60,495 bases of DNA from Candidatus Adlerbacteria bacterium RIFCSPHIGHO2_12_FULL_53_18 (GTDB lineage: Bacteria > Patescibacteriota > Minisyncoccia > Phycocordibacterales > SBAW01): contig MEWW01000016.1 of the NCBI GenBank assembly GCA_001775475.1, positions 1 through 60,495 on the forward strand. The letters run 5' to 3'. How positions within the stretch are numbered: the stretch's first letter is position 1; each line of letters begins with the position of its first letter. Shown here piece after piece: positions 58,324-60,495 of this stretch. The position numbers were made by a program, and so were the translations under genes. Below the pieces are notes generated by a model. It searched no databases. It was not told the DNA's origin and saw nothing but the letters and a program-made list of their open reading frames with translations.

Positions 58324-58478
58324 GTTCGTACACAGATACCTCTAAGCAACACAACATTTCAATCCTTGAAAAGCAGAGCCAATGCTGAGGATAGTCCCCG
58401 CGGCCGCGCGTAAAGCGAGGTGCCGGAGCGTCCTTGTTTTGGATCCAACGCATTGCTTAGAGATGTCTATGCCCGAAC
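58324..58478. ncRNA. Candidate structured ncRNA (long closing stem with multibranch interior)
   Basis: GTTCGTACACAGATACCTCTAAGCAA pairs with TTGCTTAGAGATGTCTATGCCCGAAC about 105 nt away. Confidence 0.5.
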
Positions 58479-58542
58479 AGAAAAGAAAAAACTCCCTCAC
58501 GAGGAAGTTCAGCTACAATTAGCGTAGCACGCCCCTAATCGT

Positions 58543-59532
58543 ATGTCAAGCGACACCTTTTTGGACACGACGCTCCGCCCCGCCTCCTGGGACGAGTACA
58601 TCGGGCAGGATAGTGTTAAAAACAACTTGCATATTTTAATCAGCGCCGCCAAGGAGCGCGATAATCCGCCGGAGCATGTGCTGTTTTACGGCCCGCCGGG
58701 TTTAGGAAAGACAACGCTCGCCCACTTGATAGCCCGCGAACTCGGTGGAAGCTTGAGATCGACCTCGGGGCCCGCCATAGAACGTGTCGGCGACCTCGCC
58801 GCACTCTTAACCAACCTCGCCCAAGGCGACATTTTGTTTATCGACGAGATCCACCGCCTGCCGCGATCAATCGAAGAGGTGCTCTACCCGGCGATGGAGA
58901 GCGGAATGCTCAACATCATCATCGGCAAAGGCCCCTCAGCCCGCACGCTCGAGTTGCCGCTCGCACCCTTTACCCTGATTGCGGCAACAACTCGCGTTGC
59001 CGATCTCTCGGCGCCCTTGCGCAGCCGCTTCTCCGGCGGCGTGTTCCGCCTCGAGTTTTACAGCGAAGACGATATCGCAAAGATTGTGCGCCGCTCGGCA
59101 AAAATCCTCGATGTAAAAATCGACGAGGGGGGCGTCAAGGAAATTGCCAAGCGCAGCCGCGCAACGCCGCGTACTGCCAACTATCTCCTTAAACGCGCAC
59201 GCGACTACGCGCAGCTTAAGCGCGCCCCTCTCTCTGCTAAAACAGTTGCTGAGGCACTGGGCCTGCTTGAGGTGGATGCGCTGGGTTTGACCCCGCTTGA
59301 CCGTAAGCTTCTTGTGGCACTTATTGACCGCTTTCAGGGCGGCCCCACCGGCGTTGGCGCTCTTGCCGCCGCACTTGCCGAAGAGCCGAACACGCTCTCC
59401 GAGGTACACGAACCGTTTCTCCTGCAGCTGGGCCTTATTGAGCGCACCCCGCGCGGCCGCGTTGCAACCGCGCTCGCATACGAGCACCTGGGCCGCTCTG
59501 TGCCTCTTGGTTTGAACCAAAAGCTTTTGTAG
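58543..59532 (+). CDS. ruvB: Holliday junction branch migration helicase RuvB
   Basis: [37 protein letters not shown]. Confidence 0.98.
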   Translation: MSSDTFLDTTLRPASWDEYIGQDSVKNNLHILISAAKERDNPPEHVLFYGPPGLGKTTLAHLIARELGGSLRSTSGPAIERVGDLAALLTNLAQGDILFIDEIHRLPRSIEEVLYPAMESGMLNIIIGKGPSARTLELPLAPFTLIAATTRVADLSAPLRSRFSGGVFRLEFYSEDDIAKIVRRSAKILDVKIDEGGVKEIAKRSRATPRTANYLLKRARDYAQLKRAPLSAKTVAEALGLLEVDALGLTPLDRKLLVALIDRFQGGPTGVGALAAALAEEPNTLSEVHEPFLLQLGLIERTPRGRVATALAYEHLGRSVPLGLNQKLL

Positions 59533-59547
59533 GGTAAAACTTTCTTT

Positions 59548-60072
59548 ATGGCAGGACACAGTAAGTGGGCAAAACTTAAACACACCAAAGGCAAGACCGA
59601 CGCGCAAAAGAGCAAGCTCTTTTCTAAACTGGTTCGCTTTATCTCTATAGAAGCCAAAAAGTCTAAGGGTGACCGCTCGTCACCCGGCCTTCGCGCTGCA
59701 ATGGACAAAGCGCGCGCGGCTAACATGCCAGCAGACAATATTGACCGCGCGATCGAAAAAGCTTCTACCTCCGGTGAGCTTGACCAGGTGGTGTATGAGG
59801 CCTACGGTCCCGGCGGTGTTGCGCTCGTTATAGAAGGCTACACCGATTCGCGCAACCGCACCGCACAGGAAATAAAACATCTCCTCTCACAGCATGGCGT
59901 GCATCTGGCGAACCCGGGCGCCGCAAGCTGGGCCTTTACCAAGGGCGAACAAGGACTCGAACCGCAGACGACTGTTGAAGTATCCGAAGAAGACGGTGCG
60001 AAACTTTCCGAGCTGGTTGATGCGCTTGAAGACCACGACGATGTCAGCGAAGTCTATACCAACGCGGCCTAA
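59548..60072 (+). CDS. yebC: YebC/PmpR family protein (short)
   Basis: MAGHSKWA, YEAYGPGGVA, LEDHDDVSEVYTN. Confidence 0.95.
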   Translation: MAGHSKWAKLKHTKGKTDAQKSKLFSKLVRFISIEAKKSKGDRSSPGLRAAMDKARAANMPADNIDRAIEKASTSGELDQVVYEAYGPGGVALVIEGYTDSRNRTAQEIKHLLSQHGVHLANPGAASWAFTKGEQGLEPQTTVEVSEEDGAKLSELVDALEDHDDVSEVYTNAA

Positions 60073-60495
60073 CCGGGTCTTGGCGTTTGACCCGGGCTTT
60101 GAGCGGCTCGGCGTCGCGGTCGTGGAAAAATCGCGCACCAAAGAGGTTGTGCTCTACTCGGATTGTGTGCGCACTTCCGCCGCGCTCCCCTTCGCGGAGC
60201 GCCTGCGCATCTTGGGCGAAGCTGCTGAGGATTTAATGGCGCTCTGGGAGCCCGAGGCGGTAGCCCTCGAGCAAATATTTTTTGAGAAAAACGCCAAGAC
60301 CGCAATCGGTGTTGCGAGCGTGCGCGGCGTCCTTGCGTACATCGCCGCTTCACATGCGCTTCCTGTGTATGAATACACGCCCCTTGAGGTCAAAGTGGCT
60401 ATAACGGGCTTTGGCAGAAGCGACAAGGCGGCCGTGGCTACCATGGTTAAAAGACTGGTAAGTATCCCCCTTAAAAAACGTCTGGACGATGAGCT
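60041..60495 (+). CDS. ruvC: Holliday junction resolvase RuvC (partial, runs off the window end)
   Basis: Manual translation ...RVLAFDPGFERLG...ALEQIFF...EYTPLEVKVAITGFGRSDK...LDDE; start codon uncertain. Confidence 0.93.
   Translation, partial: MSAKSIPTRPNRVLAFDPGFERLGVAVVEKSRTKEVVLYSDCVRTSAALPFAERLRILGEAAEDLMALWEPEAVALEQIFFEKNAKTAIGVASVRGVLAYIAASHALPVYEYTPLEVKVAITGFGRSDKAAVATMVKRLVSIPLKKRLDDE

Noticed and set aside
58247..58453. 68-aa ORF in the gap between the pilB-like gene and ruvB
   Set aside because: No recognisable features, and it overlaps the ATPase gene end; the base-pairing pattern explains the region better.

Overview
A gene-dense core-genome segment, very probably from a Patescibacteria/CPR (Parcubacteria-like) bacterium. 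That assignment is inferred from gene content and protein style: glyQS, short MetRS with a separate tRNA-binding domain, a histidine-phosphatase insertion in IleRS, rplK with no rplA beside it, and a 23S gene unlinked from 16S. The window holds the 5' part of a 23S rRNA gene, seven tRNAs, and genes for ribosomal proteins, translation (rplJL, rpsF-ssb-rpsR, efp, secE-nusG-rplK, rplS, rpsT, four aaRS), recombination/repair (ftsK, recA, recO, ruvABC, ruvX, polA), a thymidylate/folate cluster, and envelope functions (S-layer-like protein, O-antigen ligase-like protein, lnt, murE, pilB-like ATPase). No transposase, integrase, phage or CRISPR array was seen. The most striking non-genic signals are: (1) a complete attenuator architecture in front of the 23S rRNA gene (promoter, 11-codon uORF ending in three Arg codons, mutually exclusive antiterminator/terminator, boxA-like site); (2) a covarying structured motif directly after two tRNAs; (3) a second covarying element directly upstream of glyQS and ileS; (4) several REP-like micro-repeat families inserted in frame in housekeeping proteins; (5) pervasive -10 boxes 6-7 nt before start codons, suggesting leaderless mRNAs; (6) a PaaX/Cas2-fold gene with an in-frame TAG bracketed by 20-bp inverted repeats. 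All calls come from reading the sequence by eye; no searches or folding programs were run.
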